This document shows positions 1-9,970 of a DNA stretch of 64,000 bases, piece after piece; position 1 is the stretch's first letter, and each line of letters starts with the position of its first letter. The DNA comes from Candidatus Nanohalarchaeota archaeon (GTDB taxonomy: Archaea > Nanohalarchaeota > Nanosalinia > Nanosalinales > Nanosalinaceae), in contig JALDAJ010000001.1 in NCBI GenBank assembly GCA_022729235.1, forward strand, positions 64,001-128,000, in the 5' to 3' direction. Made by a program: the position numbers and the translations under genes. The notes under the pieces were generated by a model. It ran no database searches. It was not told the origin of the DNA and was given only the letters and a program-made list of their open reading frames with translations.

Positions 1-382
1 TGTCTTGAAGATGGTCGAGAGCTCTTACACCGCCGAAGCCGCCGGCTGATACTGTCACGTACGAGAATGGCTTGTCTTCATATTCAGGATAGAGGTAGTC
101 GAGCAGGTTCTTCAACGCGCCGGGGATCGAGTGGTTGTATTCCGGGGTAACCAGTACGACTCCATCCGATTCTTCTACTTTCTGTCCGAACTCTTCTACG
201 TCTTCCGGCGGATCCCCAGAATCTGTATATCTACGTGTACCGAGGAACGGTATCTCTTTCTCCGCAGGATCGAAAAGTTCAGCCCCGTATCCTTTTTCAC
301 TCAAAACCTCAACTGCTTTCCTGGCAGCATGGATACTTCTCCTCTGCTCTCTTACAGTACCTACGACAACCAAGAAATTCAT
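1..382 (-). CDS. NADPH-dependent FMN reductase (flavodoxin-like fold), 3' end beyond the window
   Basis: Not in the ORF track. Manual translation gives MNFLVVVGTVREQRRS...VTPEYNHSIPGALKNLLDYL...SAGGFGG, containing the family signature PEYNxSxPGxLKN. Confidence 0.9.
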   Translation of the reverse strand, partial: MNFLVVVGTVREQRRSIHAARKAVEVLSEKGYGAELFDPAEKEIPFLGTRRYTDSGDPPEDVEEFGQKVEESDGVVLVTPEYNHSIPGALKNLLDYLYPEYEDKPFSYVTVSAGGFGGVRALDHLQD

Positions 383-420
383 GCTACCCCCCCTATATAA
401 CAACCTGTTATTCAAGCCCT

Positions 421-663
421 TTATTCTTCCTGTTCTTCTATGAAGTCTTTCACTCGCGTCTTTACTTCAGCCCGTGAAAAACTGTTCTCATCGATGTCGA
501 ACACAATCTCGCTCTCTATAGAGATTCTTAAGACCCCGTCTTCGGACGGAACCAGTTCTACCTTGTCAAATTCCTCCGGGTAGTTCTCAAGGATCTCTTC
601 AGCCGCCTCAACAGCTTTACCTAGGTGACCACAGTCCGTGCAGTAGTCTATAGTCAGTTTCAT
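421..663 (-). CDS. Rdx (SelT/SelW/SelH) family thioredoxin-like protein
   Basis: MKLTIDYCTDCG has the YCxxC motif; later LVPSEDGVLRI. Start reassigned to the ATG at 663, just downstream of the rps2 stop. Confidence 0.75.
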   Translation of the reverse strand: MKLTIDYCTDCGHLGKAVEAAEEILENYPEEFDKVELVPSEDGVLRISIESEIVFDIDENSFSRAEVKTRVKDFIEEQEE

Positions 664-670
664 CGATTGT

Positions 671-1279
671 TTACTCTTCTTCCTCTTCGGGTTTAAAGTC
701 TTCGAGATCGTACTCAAGTTCTTCTCCCTTGGCGTCCGCCATCTGCCGGGCTATCAAGAAGTAAACTGTCGCGACCGCGCTACCGCTCTTGTTGTTGGCA
801 GGGATAGCAAGGTCAACATTTTCCAGCGTGTCCGCAGAGTCAGCTATAGCTATAACAGGTATCTTGGCATCTACCGCCTCGTTAATCGCCTGCGAATCCT
901 TCTCCGGGTCAGAAACCATCACCAGCCCAGGTTCAACGAAATCGTCTGACTGCGGGTTGGTGAGCGTTCCCGGGGTAAAGCGACCTGCGATTCTCTCAGC
1001 GCCGACAGATTCTGCAAACCTTGTGACCGGTAAAAGAGCTTCCTCGCTCCTCGCAACCACCAGGATATCCTCCGGCTCATAGTTCCTGAGGAACTGTGCC
1101 GCATCTCTTATACGCTCGTCAGTCTGTTTAAGATCAAGTACTGCGAGCTGGTTCTTCTTCACGTGAAATATGTATTTTTCCATGTCAGTGTGCTGGGACT
1201 TAGTACCGATGTGGACACCGTTTGACAGGTACTCCTCACGGTCGATTAGAAGGTCTTCCTCTGCTTGTTGTTCGGTCAT
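671..1279 (-). CDS. rps2: 30S ribosomal protein S2 (archaeal uS2)
   Basis: Motifs YLSNGVHIGTK, GRFTPGTLTNP and IPANNK. Confidence 0.97.
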   Translation of the reverse strand: MTEQQAEEDLLIDREEYLSNGVHIGTKSQHTDMEKYIFHVKKNQLAVLDLKQTDERIRDAAQFLRNYEPEDILVVARSEEALLPVTRFAESVGAERIAGRFTPGTLTNPQSDDFVEPGLVMVSDPEKDSQAINEAVDAKIPVIAIADSADTLENVDLAIPANNKSGSAVATVYFLIARQMADAKGEELEYDLEDFKPEEEEE

Positions 1280-1336
1280 ACGAGGGCTTTGAGGAACAAA
1301 TATTAAATAAGGTCTAGATTAGATGCTATCCTGTTA

Positions 1337-1954
1337 TCAATATCTTACCCACATCCTTCCTTTGTACCCCTCCTCTCCTGCATCCTTGTGATGTTCAAGA
1401 AGTGTATGTGGTCTTGTCTCATAAAGACCGTCAAAAAGGGTGTCAGCGACAGGTTTACCTCCTATGCTCTCACCCTCATTGTAGTGGAAAAACTCTCTGT
1501 CAGCATTGGGCTGCCACCGGGACTCTGACTTAAGGTTTAAGTAAAAATCATAGGCTACAGAACCTATTTCTTCTCCAGCTACATCGCCTCCTTCCGCGGG
1601 AAAGAACACCTCCGCGATTATCCTTGCATCCTCATCTGACTGTGACTCTTCCGGCAGGTTATAGGCTCCTCTGACCTGTGCTTCAAAATGAAAGGTTTCA
1701 AGAGATACTTCCCTCTCTTCCAGCCCCATAGAGAACAAGTTATGGAACTCTTCCTCAATTCTGTTCTCTACCGCCATTCCAGGGTGTTTATCATCTACCC
1801 ATGTCTGCGGAAGCTTAATGTTACCCCTAAAATTGCCTTTATCAGCTAGCTTGCGCTTTAGAGCGGTGTCGTACCCATTTCGCCGTATAAGTTCCTGGGA
1901 AGGACCGGAAACAACTTCAAAATTCTTCCCGCCAAAGCCATCCGGATATACCAT
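1337..1954 (-). CDS. hypothetical protein
   Basis: 205-aa acidic ORF filling the gap between eno and rps2; no motif recognised. Confidence 0.6.
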   Translation of the reverse strand: MVYPDGFGGKNFEVVSGPSQELIRRNGYDTALKRKLADKGNFRGNIKLPQTWVDDKHPGMAVENRIEEEFHNLFSMGLEEREVSLETFHFEAQVRGAYNLPEESQSDEDARIIAEVFFPAEGGDVAGEEIGSVAYDFYLNLKSESRWQPNADREFFHYNEGESIGGKPVADTLFDGLYETRPHTLLEHHKDAGEEGYKGRMWVRY

Positions 1955-2006
1955 GGGTGCAGGTTTCTTTACCTGCTTTTAACCGATAGTTACAGGTTAA
2001 TAGATG

Positions 2007-3128
2007 CTATAGACTGTACATCTCCACTCCATCAATTTCATCCCATAGCCGGATGAGCCTGTTGAGTTTCGCGATGCGGATGTCGGCGATACCTGCCTTT
2101 ATGAACGGGCATCCCCACTCCAGCGCCAGGTGGCTGATGGTCGAGTCACAGGTCTCCCCGCTCCTGTGAGATATGACGGGCGTGTAATCGTTCTCTTTCG
2201 CAAGTTCCACAGTTTCTTTTGCATCTGATACCGTCCCTATCTGGTTGGGCTTGACTATGAGTGAGTTGCATGCGCCGTTATCGATTCCTTCCTGCAACCT
2301 CTCTTTATTGGTGGTGAACAGGTCGTCTCCGCATACCAGCACGTCCGGGTTCTTTTTCGTGAGTTTGGCGTGCATCCGGAAGTCTTCCTGGTCGAACGGA
2401 TCTTCTACATAGAGTAAATCAAACTCATCGATAAGTTTCTGGACAAATTTAAGCATCTCTTTGGGCTCCAGGTCCTGTCTCATAGAGTCGATACGATACT
2501 TGCCATCCCTGTAGAGTTCGCCCGCGGCAATATCCAGACCGAGGCGAGCATCGTACTTGTCCGCGACCTTCTTCACTGCCTTAAGCGTCTGCTCATCATC
2601 CATGGATGTGATAAGAGCACCTTCATCGTTCATGCCCTTAACTTTCTGTGAGTAGCGCTCTTTCAGTTCCAGGTATATTTTCGTGTTGGTCTTCACGGCT
2701 TCTGGAAAACTCTCCGCATTGACCGGGACGACAAGGAACTCCTGTATCGCAGTATTACCGCCGTGCTCTCCTCCTCCAACGACATTGCTGAGCGGGTAAG
2801 GGAACTGGTTACCGTGGTCGAATCCTGCGGCGTTCTTGAAGGCGAAGCTAGAAGCAATCGATACAGCTCCTATCCTTGAAAAGTCATCAGTATCGTCCAG
2901 CTCTTTCAGTTTCCCGTCGAAATCTTCCTGTGACATGTCACGGTCCTCCAGTTTCTTCAGCAGTTCTTCTGTCGCGTCGAGGTGTTCCGGTACCGAGCAG
3001 TTGACCTCGTGCCTCCCGGTCGAGGCGCCTGACGGAGCTTTTCCCGTACACCTATTTATCTCCGCCTCTACCGTCGGTTTTGTCCTTGAATCGATGATCT
3101 CCCGTAGCTGGATTGAATCAATCTTCAT
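2007..3128 (-). CDS. eno: enolase (compact form)
   Basis: Motifs PSGASTG, EDPF, GDDL, KPNQIG and SHRSGET. Start set at MKIDSIQ. Confidence 0.95.
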   Translation of the reverse strand: MKIDSIQLREIIDSRTKPTVEAEINRCTGKAPSGASTGRHEVNCSVPEHLDATEELLKKLEDRDMSQEDFDGKLKELDDTDDFSRIGAVSIASSFAFKNAAGFDHGNQFPYPLSNVVGGGEHGGNTAIQEFLVVPVNAESFPEAVKTNTKIYLELKERYSQKVKGMNDEGALITSMDDEQTLKAVKKVADKYDARLGLDIAAGELYRDGKYRIDSMRQDLEPKEMLKFVQKLIDEFDLLYVEDPFDQEDFRMHAKLTKKNPDVLVCGDDLFTTNKERLQEGIDNGACNSLIVKPNQIGTVSDAKETVELAKENDYTPVISHRSGETCDSTISHLALEWGCPFIKAGIADIRIAKLNRLIRLWDEIDGVEMYSL

Positions 3129-3234
3129 ACCGAAAAATTGTCGGGATGGTTTAAACCATCTTGGCTCTCTTTTAGACACGTCTAAACAGGATTCACAGAA
3201 AAACCTATAAAGCCTGCTTAGAACCTATTCTCGT

Positions 3235-3903
3235 ATGGTTGAAAGAGTCGGCACTGGAGTTCCAGGTCTTGATGAAAATCTGGATGGAGGTTTTCCTGAA
3301 GGCTCTGTGACTCTGATAACTGGAGGACCAGGTTCTGGTAAAACCACTTTCTGCACACAGTTCCTCGCTGAAGGGCTGCGTAACGAGGAGAGCTGTCTTT
3401 ACCTGACGACAGGACAGAGCCCGGACGAGATAAGGAGAGATGCGAAGGAGTTCGGTATCGACTTTGATAACTACTTCGAGAACCTGTCGATGGCACACAT
3501 CAATCCTTCACGGGAGCTGGAAAGCGAGATAATCGAGTACATCCAGGGAGAAGAGTTCGACAGGATAGTACTTGACTCACTCAGCGTATTCGAGATGTAC
3601 TGGGGTGAGAAAGATGGTCTCCGGAAATATCTTAACAGGATAATCGAACGCCTCAAGGATATGGATGCAACAGCAGTGGTTACTTCCGAACTTCCCGAAA
3701 ACAGGTCAGGCAAGCTTTCAAGATTCGGTATAGCCGAGTTTGTGGTTGACGGGGTTATTCGGCTTGAGGGCTTTGCTCTTGGAGATACCACCTACCGTTC
3801 TGCACAGATAGTGAAGATGAGGAGAACTAATATAGAGGGTGATTTGATGGAGGTCATAATAGATGAGAACGGTATCCGAATTGAGGAAGAAGAGAAAATA
3901 TAG
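3235..3903 (+). CDS. KaiC/RAD55-family single-domain ATPase
   Basis: TGVPGLDE, Walker A GGPGSGKT, Walker B RIVLDS, and IVKMR. Confidence 0.9.
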   Translation: MVERVGTGVPGLDENLDGGFPEGSVTLITGGPGSGKTTFCTQFLAEGLRNEESCLYLTTGQSPDEIRRDAKEFGIDFDNYFENLSMAHINPSRELESEIIEYIQGEEFDRIVLDSLSVFEMYWGEKDGLRKYLNRIIERLKDMDATAVVTSELPENRSGKLSRFGIAEFVVDGVIRLEGFALGDTTYRSAQIVKMRRTNIEGDLMEVIIDENGIRIEEEEKI

Positions 3904-3946
3904 CTAAGATCAATCTTTTTACCTCATCTTCACTACAACTTCTATA

Positions 3947-4786
3947 ATGCAGGATTTCAAAAAGTTGGAGACAGAGTTCTTTCTTGATTCAGATCCTGGA
4001 GATAAACATCTGGAAGCACTTATTGAAATGGTCCAGTCCTCTTTTACCGCAGACGGTTTACCTACGAAGGAGGACATAAGAGACCATTTACTCGGGAAAG
4101 ACCTGACTCTCGTAATGACTCTAGACAACAGAGAGCCTGTAAGTTTCGGTAGCGTCCTGCGCGAGAATGACCTAATTATCCAGCATGGGGCGGCAGTAGA
4201 TAAGAATTACAGGGGCGAGAAACTCGCCAACATTCCGGTGGATCTAGCCACGCTACTGGAAGCTGAAGAAGATGAGTTCATGGTCGGAGGACGACACCAG
4301 TCAACTTATTACCCAGAATATCTTGAAAAAAGGGCTGAGTACTACCCTCAACCTGGAGAGCCTTTTCCAGACAAATTTGAAGAATACTTGAAAACGCTCT
4401 GGAAGTTCTATTCTCCGGATGCAGAGCTCGAAGACCAGGTTATGAAGGAATCACACACTCCTCTTTATGCGGATAAACACCTTAGACGATACGAAAAATC
4501 GCTTTCAAAGTACGTGGATGTTGAACTAGATCTTTTCCAGGGTGACGCAATTCTTACAGTAGGAGAGACAAGCATCTGGAGGCTTCTAAAGGCGCTCGGT
4601 GAAGATCTGGATGACTCCTCATACTTCCCTGAAATCTCTTTAGTTGACAGAGAATTACGGCATACCAAGACAGGTCCTGATGAAATACTCGCTCTTTTTG
4701 GCGGAGAAGAACCAGAATACTCGAGAAAATCTGGAGATTATGAAGAAGATATGGAACGCCTAATATCGATGTTGGATTCAAGGTGA
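3947..4786 (+). CDS. hypothetical protein, possibly GNAT-like N-terminal half
   Basis: AAVDKNYRGEKLA resembles the GNAT acetyl-CoA binding motif A; weak support. Confidence 0.45.
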   Translation: MQDFKKLETEFFLDSDPGDKHLEALIEMVQSSFTADGLPTKEDIRDHLLGKDLTLVMTLDNREPVSFGSVLRENDLIIQHGAAVDKNYRGEKLANIPVDLATLLEAEEDEFMVGGRHQSTYYPEYLEKRAEYYPQPGEPFPDKFEEYLKTLWKFYSPDAELEDQVMKESHTPLYADKHLRRYEKSLSKYVDVELDLFQGDAILTVGETSIWRLLKALGEDLDDSSYFPEISLVDRELRHTKTGPDEILALFGGEEPEYSRKSGDYEEDMERLISMLDSR

Positions 4787-4938
4787 CCGAAAAACCAGAC
4801 CATACCAGAAATCCTAATTATACCTATTATACATCTTGTAAGACCTTATAAAATACTCTAGAAGAAAATTATAGACACATGAGAATTCATCAACTACATA
4901 AATGTTAGAAGATTAAGAACAGGTAAAAAGGTAGGAAA

Positions 4939-5475
4939 ATGGCTCTGGGAGAATTAATAAAAGATTTAATCCGTTCCAACACCCTCACATATGAAGAAGG
5001 TCACATAGAAATACTGGACATACCAGGAGTCATGCTGCCCGCATCCACCTATTTTGACTTACTGGAGGAAGTAGCGCGGAGGACAGATGAAGATGTTCTT
5101 GATATACTATTTGAAGTCGGTCTAAGACACGGCGAAGTAGCAGTCGAAGATGTAGGTCGGAAAAACAACACGAGCAAAAGACAGTTTATAGAAACCATAA
5201 AAACAGGGAACGTCATGGGAATGGGAAAAATTACGGTAGAATACCACAACCTAGAAGAAGAAGTCCTGGTAACCAGTATAAAAGGATCTCCCCTGAACTC
5301 GCTGTTCAGAGAATCGGATGTCCTCAACCCCAACGGTCCTGTACATCATTTCTTCCGCGGAGTAATGCACACTATTAGCGAGGAGATGTTCAATGCAGAA
5401 GTAGAGTCGGAAGAGGAGCAATGCGAGTACCTTGGAGACGATAAATGCGTAATAAGATGTGAAACTATTCGGTAG
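4939..5475 (+). CDS. V4R (4-vinyl reductase) domain protein
   Basis: MGMGKI, HHFFRGVM and EEQCEYLGDDKC match the C-terminal V4R pattern. Confidence 0.75.
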   Translation: MALGELIKDLIRSNTLTYEEGHIEILDIPGVMLPASTYFDLLEEVARRTDEDVLDILFEVGLRHGEVAVEDVGRKNNTSKRQFIETIKTGNVMGMGKITVEYHNLEEEVLVTSIKGSPLNSLFRESDVLNPNGPVHHFFRGVMHTISEEMFNAEVESEEEQCEYLGDDKCVIRCETIR

Positions 5476-5483
5476 ACTCTGCA

Positions 5484-6305
5484 TTAGCCTAGTGCTTGCT
5501 TCTGGGCTCTGATGAACTCCATTTTAGGATCGTCTACTGTCTCTCTAGTGATCTCTTCATCTGAAGCCTCCAGAATAGCCTCTATCTGGCCTACTCCTTC
5601 ACCATACACCTCTAGTCGGTCTTCGTGTCGAACGGAGTATGAAGCGTTCTCTAGCATAGCCGCAACGCACTCTTTGGACCAGTAGTACTGTCTAAGAGGT
5701 TCTATCTCCTTACCCTCCAGGAAACCATTGTAACCGTCCAGACCGGCATCCATCCATACCTCGTGGTCTATAGGGACTTCGATATAATCTACTTTCCTGT
5801 CCTCATCATAACCTGTGCTTAACGGAGCGTTTTCCCCGGGCCACGTTATCCACAGTTCGCCGTCCTGTCTCAGAGCATCTCTTACTGGATTCTGAATAAC
5901 ACTCTCAAAATCTTCCAGTTCCTGGAAAGAGTTTATCGCCATCACTACATCCACACTCCCTTCTTTTCCATTCAATACGTCACGGCCATCCCCCTGTTCA
6001 ACATTGAAGTTATCTATCCCTGATGCATTCCCTTCAGCTTTTTCAGCCATAAAAGAAGATAACTCTATCCCCAGGAACATGTAGTCTCCGCCGAGACGGT
6101 CAGCCAGCTCATAGGACGTATAACCATCTCCGCATCCCCAATCAATAACTGTCAATCCCTCTTCTTCCCCGTAAAGTTTATCACGTAAATCCTCAAGCTG
6201 ACTGGTAAACATGTCTAGGTTATCATCTACTCTGCCCGGGGAGCTAGGGTATATACCTGCATTGTAGAGCGCATCCCACCCCGTTTCTATATCTGGATCG
6301 GTCAT
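5484..6305 (-). CDS. class I SAM-dependent methyltransferase
   Basis: Motif I VIDWGCGDG, then LGIELS, QGDG and VDVVMA. Confidence 0.8.
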   Translation of the reverse strand: MTDPDIETGWDALYNAGIYPSSPGRVDDNLDMFTSQLEDLRDKLYGEEEGLTVIDWGCGDGYTSYELADRLGGDYMFLGIELSSFMAEKAEGNASGIDNFNVEQGDGRDVLNGKEGSVDVVMAINSFQELEDFESVIQNPVRDALRQDGELWITWPGENAPLSTGYDEDRKVDYIEVPIDHEVWMDAGLDGYNGFLEGKEIEPLRQYYWSKECVAAMLENASYSVRHEDRLEVYGEGVGQIEAILEASDEEITRETVDDPKMEFIRAQKQALG

Positions 6306-6347
6306 AATACACTTATAGAATACAAAAAATAAGTAGGATGAGAAATG

Positions 6348-6536
6348 TTATTTTTTCACTGTGATAGGCAGCTTTCCTTCCTCGAGTTCCTTCTTCGCGA
6401 TGTCTCTCGGCTCCTGTGCGTCTGTATCAACGAAAACCGGTGCCCCCATCGCAATCTGCAGTGAGCGGGCGCCTATCATCCGTGCCCTTTCGTAACGTGT
6501 GTGTTCCGTCATAGTATCAAGCATCGTTGTCATCAT
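6348..6536 (-). CDS. rpoK: RNA polymerase subunit K (Rpo6)
   Basis: TRYERARMIGARSLQIAMGAP...LPITV. The true start may be a few codons downstream. Confidence 0.95.
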   Translation of the reverse strand: MMTTMLDTMTEHTRYERARMIGARSLQIAMGAPVFVDTDAQEPRDIAKKELEEGKLPITVKK

Positions 6537-7297
6537 CCTATGTATCCGAGGTCCTGTTGACCCTGGTCCTGGTCCTGACCCTGTTGTTGCTGAAGATTCT
6601 GAAGTTTTTTAAGTACTTCCTGTGCTTCTTCGACCTTGTTGTCAAGCTCTGTGTAGTCCAGGTCGAGGTCCAGAATATCTTCTACCACTTCAAGGACAGC
6701 CTCTGTCGCCTTTGGGTCGCTCAGCAGGAAGCCTGGAGTCTCGCCGAGCAGGCAGATACCGTCGTACCCTCTCTCTTCTCCTAGACCTAGTAGAAGACCT
6801 GAGGCGCCGACTATCTGACCTACCTCGTGGTCAAAGTTTATGCCGTTATCAGAGTATTTTTCCCTAACCTCAGTCGAGCTTACCGCTCCGAAGACCTGTG
6901 GATCCTCTACGACGTCACCGGTACCGTAGCCGCCGATAGTTATTATCTCCGAAACGTTGTTTTCATCGACAAAGTCCAGGATTCTCTCTGCCACCTGGAA
7001 ATGCCCCTCTGGCGTGGATGCCTGCGCATTACCTTCTATTATCAATAGGTCTCGTCCGTCGTCGCGCTTTAACTGGTAGATATCGTTTTTGAGAAGGTTG
7101 ACGGTCTTATCGTCGTGGATTATTGTATAAGGCGGGAAATGGTGAGAGTAGAGTTCACCTATCTTCTCTGCGTCCAGGTGGTCCGCGAGGTACGAGACGC
7201 AGGTCTTTCCTATGTGACCGATACCTGCAAGTCCTTCGATAAAAACAGGGTTTTCTACGTCTGGTTCTTTGTCAAGTTCGATTCTAGTTGCTTCCAT
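6533..7297 (-). CDS. PAC2 family proteasome assembly chaperone homologue
   Basis: IEGLAGIGHIG, IVGASGLLLG and CLLGETPG; conserved position after nop10. Start set at MEATRIEL. Confidence 0.9.
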   Translation of the reverse strand: MEATRIELDKEPDVENPVFIEGLAGIGHIGKTCVSYLADHLDAEKIGELYSHHFPPYTIIHDDKTVNLLKNDIYQLKRDDGRDLLIIEGNAQASTPEGHFQVAERILDFVDENNVSEIITIGGYGTGDVVEDPQVFGAVSSTEVREKYSDNGINFDHEVGQIVGASGLLLGLGEERGYDGICLLGETPGFLLSDPKATEAVLEVVEDILDLDLDYTELDNKVEEAQEVLKKLQNLQQQQGQDQDQGQQDLGYIG

Positions 7298-7442
7298 CTT
7301 CTTCCACCTCTTTTTTGGTCCTGCGCCGGTATTTCCCGTATCTATCCGGGAATGAGAATTTCGGCGGTCTCGCCGGTACTGTTTCAACGCAGTGCTCGTC
7401 TTTCAACGTGTAAGAGTTACATTCTGGACACTTTTTAATCAT
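7284..7442 (-). CDS. nop10: H/ACA RNP protein Nop10 (52 aa)
   Basis: Not in the ORF track. Manual translation MIKKCPECNSYTLKDEHCVETVPARPPKFSFPDRYGKYRRRTKKEVEEDGSN has the PPKFSxxDxYGKYR motif and sits after aIF2a. Confidence 0.93.
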   Translation of the reverse strand: MIKKCPECNSYTLKDEHCVETVPARPPKFSFPDRYGKYRRRTKKEVEEDGSN

Positions 7443-7444
7443 TG

Positions 7445-8206
7445 TCACGCACGCGAGAACTCGAACTCTCCCTCGAGCCCTTCTACCTGTTCCCGGATGT
7501 TTTCAACCGCGTCATCCATCCTCTTCTTCGCAAGTCTTGAGTTCCTGCCCCACGCGGTTATCGAGTAAGTTGGGGCTGAAACGTATTCCACATCTATCCC
7601 CTCTCCGAGATTGCCGAAGGAGTCTCTTATCTTTTCCACGCCGTTACCCTGACTGAAACTAATCTCGAGTTCGCCTTCGAGCTTTTCCTGCCTGAGGTTG
7701 ATGTTCTCCTTCGCGACTTCCTGTATCGCCTCGACAGTTTCCCCGTCGAAAAGCTCTGTCAGTTTCTCTTCCTCGCCGACCGCGATTTCGAATCCGGTGA
7801 ATGATGACCCGAACTCTCTCTGCATCGGGAAAACCACGTCCTCGTAGAGGTCTTCCTTATCTTCACCTAGCTCTTCAGCCAGGTCTTCGACAAACTCTTC
7901 GGCCTTCTGCTCCTTGTTCCACCGCGACATGGTATCCTTTTTCTGTTTCTCGTTGACACGCTTGAGCGACAGGTCTACTGTGTCGTCTCCCGCGTCAACT
8001 ACCTGTGCCACAGTTTTCTCGCCTTCATCGATTTCCTTGGATACATCCTGCACCCAGGAACGCGAAACCTCGGATATGTGTATAAGCCCTGTAACATCCT
8101 CGTACTCGTCCAGATCGGCGTATGCCGAGTTCTTGTCCGCGTCAGTTATCGTCACGACGACAAAGTCGCCTTCCTCAGGTCTGTCTTTATACCAGCGCAT
8201 AGTCAC
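7445..8206 (-). CDS. eif2a: translation initiation factor 2 alpha subunit (aIF2a)
   Basis: S1 domain with GLIHISEVS and VDLSLKRV; C-terminal YVSAPTY. Confidence 0.95.
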   Translation of the reverse strand: MTMRWYKDRPEEGDFVVVTITDADKNSAYADLDEYEDVTGLIHISEVSRSWVQDVSKEIDEGEKTVAQVVDAGDDTVDLSLKRVNEKQKKDTMSRWNKEQKAEEFVEDLAEELGEDKEDLYEDVVFPMQREFGSSFTGFEIAVGEEEKLTELFDGETVEAIQEVAKENINLRQEKLEGELEISFSQGNGVEKIRDSFGNLGEGIDVEYVSAPTYSITAWGRNSRLAKKRMDDAVENIREQVEGLEGEFEFSRA

Positions 8207-8240
8207 TGCTTGAAAAGTGACTTTTAAAAGCAGAACGATG

Positions 8241-8795
8241 CTACACCATCAGTTCAAGCATCAATGGTGCAAAGTAGTAGAACAGTACGAGGTTGAACCC
8301 GGTATTGGTGACCGCGTACGGTAGGTACCTGTCAAGACTGCCGAGGCTCGTGACCGAGGAGAGCAGGGCGAAAACCACCTGCATCCCGACTGTTAACGCG
8401 GCTCCTAGCACGAATATATCTCTCCCGGAGAAAAATCCTGCGGCAAACCCTGCCACGGCATAGGACGGGATAACCCATATTATGTATCCGCCAGTGTACT
8501 GCCCCGCAATCACCTGTAACAGTATCAAACCAAACCCGGCAACCGCACCTATAAACGGACCGTAGACAGCTCCTATCAAAACCGTTGATAGCGTGGTGAG
8601 TTCAATTCCGACAGTTTTGATACCCAGCTGGTTCACCGTCCACGCCGTCAACGCCACACCCGCCACCAGTAAAGCGGCTGCAACGTATTCCGTGAAAAAG
8701 AAAACTCCTGCCGCCACCATACCGATTATCCCGGCAGTCCAGTAAATCCTTGGGTTCTTAGAATACTCTGTTAGGTGCTCAAATCCTTCAAGCAT
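8241..8795 (-). CDS. multi-pass membrane protein (ECF S-component-like)
   Basis: About 6 hydrophobic segments; TVLIGAVYGPFIGAVAG resembles the S-component pattern. Confidence 0.55.
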   Translation of the reverse strand: MLEGFEHLTEYSKNPRIYWTAGIIGMVAAGVFFFTEYVAAALLVAGVALTAWTVNQLGIKTVGIELTTLSTVLIGAVYGPFIGAVAGFGLILLQVIAGQYTGGYIIWVIPSYAVAGFAAGFFSGRDIFVLGAALTVGMQVVFALLSSVTSLGSLDRYLPYAVTNTGFNLVLFYYFAPLMLELMV

Positions 8796-8825
8796 GCATA
8801 AAATCTGGTTTAAACACCTAAAAAC

Positions 8826-8999
8826 TTATTCCGGGCTAAGTACTTCAGCAATATCTGCCTCGACCTCTGCCTTACCACCTGAAGGACTTACAAGCACTTC
8901 TCCACAAACCAGGCATTCAACCTCTGTAGAGGCGTGCGAGAAGACGTTCTGCTCGTTTCCACATTCCGGACACTCTACCCTGTAAAATTCTTGAGTCAT
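8826..8999 (-). CDS. rps27e: 30S ribosomal protein S27e (57 aa)
   Basis: Not in the ORF track. Manual translation MTQEFYRVECPECGNEQNVFSHASTEVECLVCGEVLVSPSGGKAEV...; follows rpl44e. Confidence 0.95.
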   Translation of the reverse strand: MTQEFYRVECPECGNEQNVFSHASTEVECLVCGEVLVSPSGGKAEVEADIAEVLSPE

Positions 9000-9005
9000 G
9001 ATTAT

Positions 9006-9308
9006 CTACCTCTCTATCTCCAGTTTAGCAGTTCTTAAAGGTTCACTGGGTTTCCAGGACTTTCCGCATTCCTTACACGTGAACTGCATGTCCTTCTTCT
9101 CCGAAGTCGGATTCTTCCTACCACGAGCACGGATAGCCGGGTTCTCGAACGGGAAAGACCCGTAACCTTTGTCGACCTTTCTCTGCCTCTTCCTGTGCTT
9201 CTTCTTGAAAGGTGAAGCCGAGCGGTTGGTAACTTCCTTTACAGTTTGCTCTGTGTGCTCGTCACAGTTCGGGCAGTAACGGTTCTGCTCTTTTGGGATC
9301 TTGACCAT
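9006..9308 (-). CDS. rpl44e: 50S ribosomal protein L44e
   Basis: MVKIPK..RYCPNC..HT and CKECGK zinc ribbon; basic protein. Confidence 0.93.
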   Translation of the reverse strand: MVKIPKEQNRYCPNCDEHTEQTVKEVTNRSASPFKKKHRKRQRKVDKGYGSFPFENPAIRARGRKNPTSEKKDMQFTCKECGKSWKPSEPLRTAKLEIER

Positions 9309-9340
9309 ATCAACCCGTCCGAAGTTAAACTTTAAAAGTA

Positions 9341-9970
9341 CTACTCGACATCCGTCCCTTCAGCGTTTTCAGGATCAGCCAGGTTCTCCAGGGTTCCCTC
9401 GAAGATTCTTGTCGGAATGTTTGAACGCCTGATTATCTTGACCGCTGTCTCATCGATCAGTTCGTAGCTTCCCGGCTCGTAGTCATCACCTACTATTTCC
9501 AGAAGTTCGTCCGGCGTCACCTCATCAAGTTTCTCCGCACCGTCTTCATCCGGGTGTTTATCGTGCACCCCGTTAACCGTAGTTGCGATGTAGAGCTCCG
9601 CATCCAGCATCTCGGCAGCGATAGCTGCGGTAGCATCAGTTGAGTATCCAGGCGTAAGCCCCCCCATCACGACATCCTTTCCGGAAGCGGCTGCTACCTT
9701 GATCTCTTCAGGTCTTTCAGGTATCGAAGGATAAGCATCCATCACGGTCAGCAGAGTCTGCGCGTTCAGCCGCGTTGCCTTGATACCGACAAGGTCCTGC
9801 TCGCCGTTATTTGCAATGCCTTTGACAGCTTTCTGGTGCTTATTGAGGTCGCCTGCACCGGTAACAACCAGCACTTGCTCATCTCTTTCCAGCGCGTCCG
9901 CCAGCTCTTCTATCCTGTCAAGGTTTTCCCGTACAATCGAACCTCCTATCGAAAATACATAATCTACCAT
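9341..9970 (-). CDS. pyrH: UMP kinase (archaeal type)
   Basis: SIGGS, GIKATRLNA, MGGLTPGYSTDA and VNGVHDKHP. Confidence 0.9.
   Translation of the reverse strand: MVDYVFSIGGSIVRENLDRIEELADALERDEQVLVVTGAGDLNKHQKAVKGIANNGEQDLVGIKATRLNAQTLLTVMDAYPSIPERPEEIKVAAASGKDVVMGGLTPGYSTDATAAIAAEMLDAELYIATTVNGVHDKHPDEDGAEKLDEVTPDELLEIVGDDYEPGSYELIDETAVKIIRRSNIPTRIFEGTLENLADPENAEGTDVE

Noticed and set aside
421-663. Possible selenoprotein (SelW-like)
   Set aside because: The motif is CxxC with no in-frame TGA.
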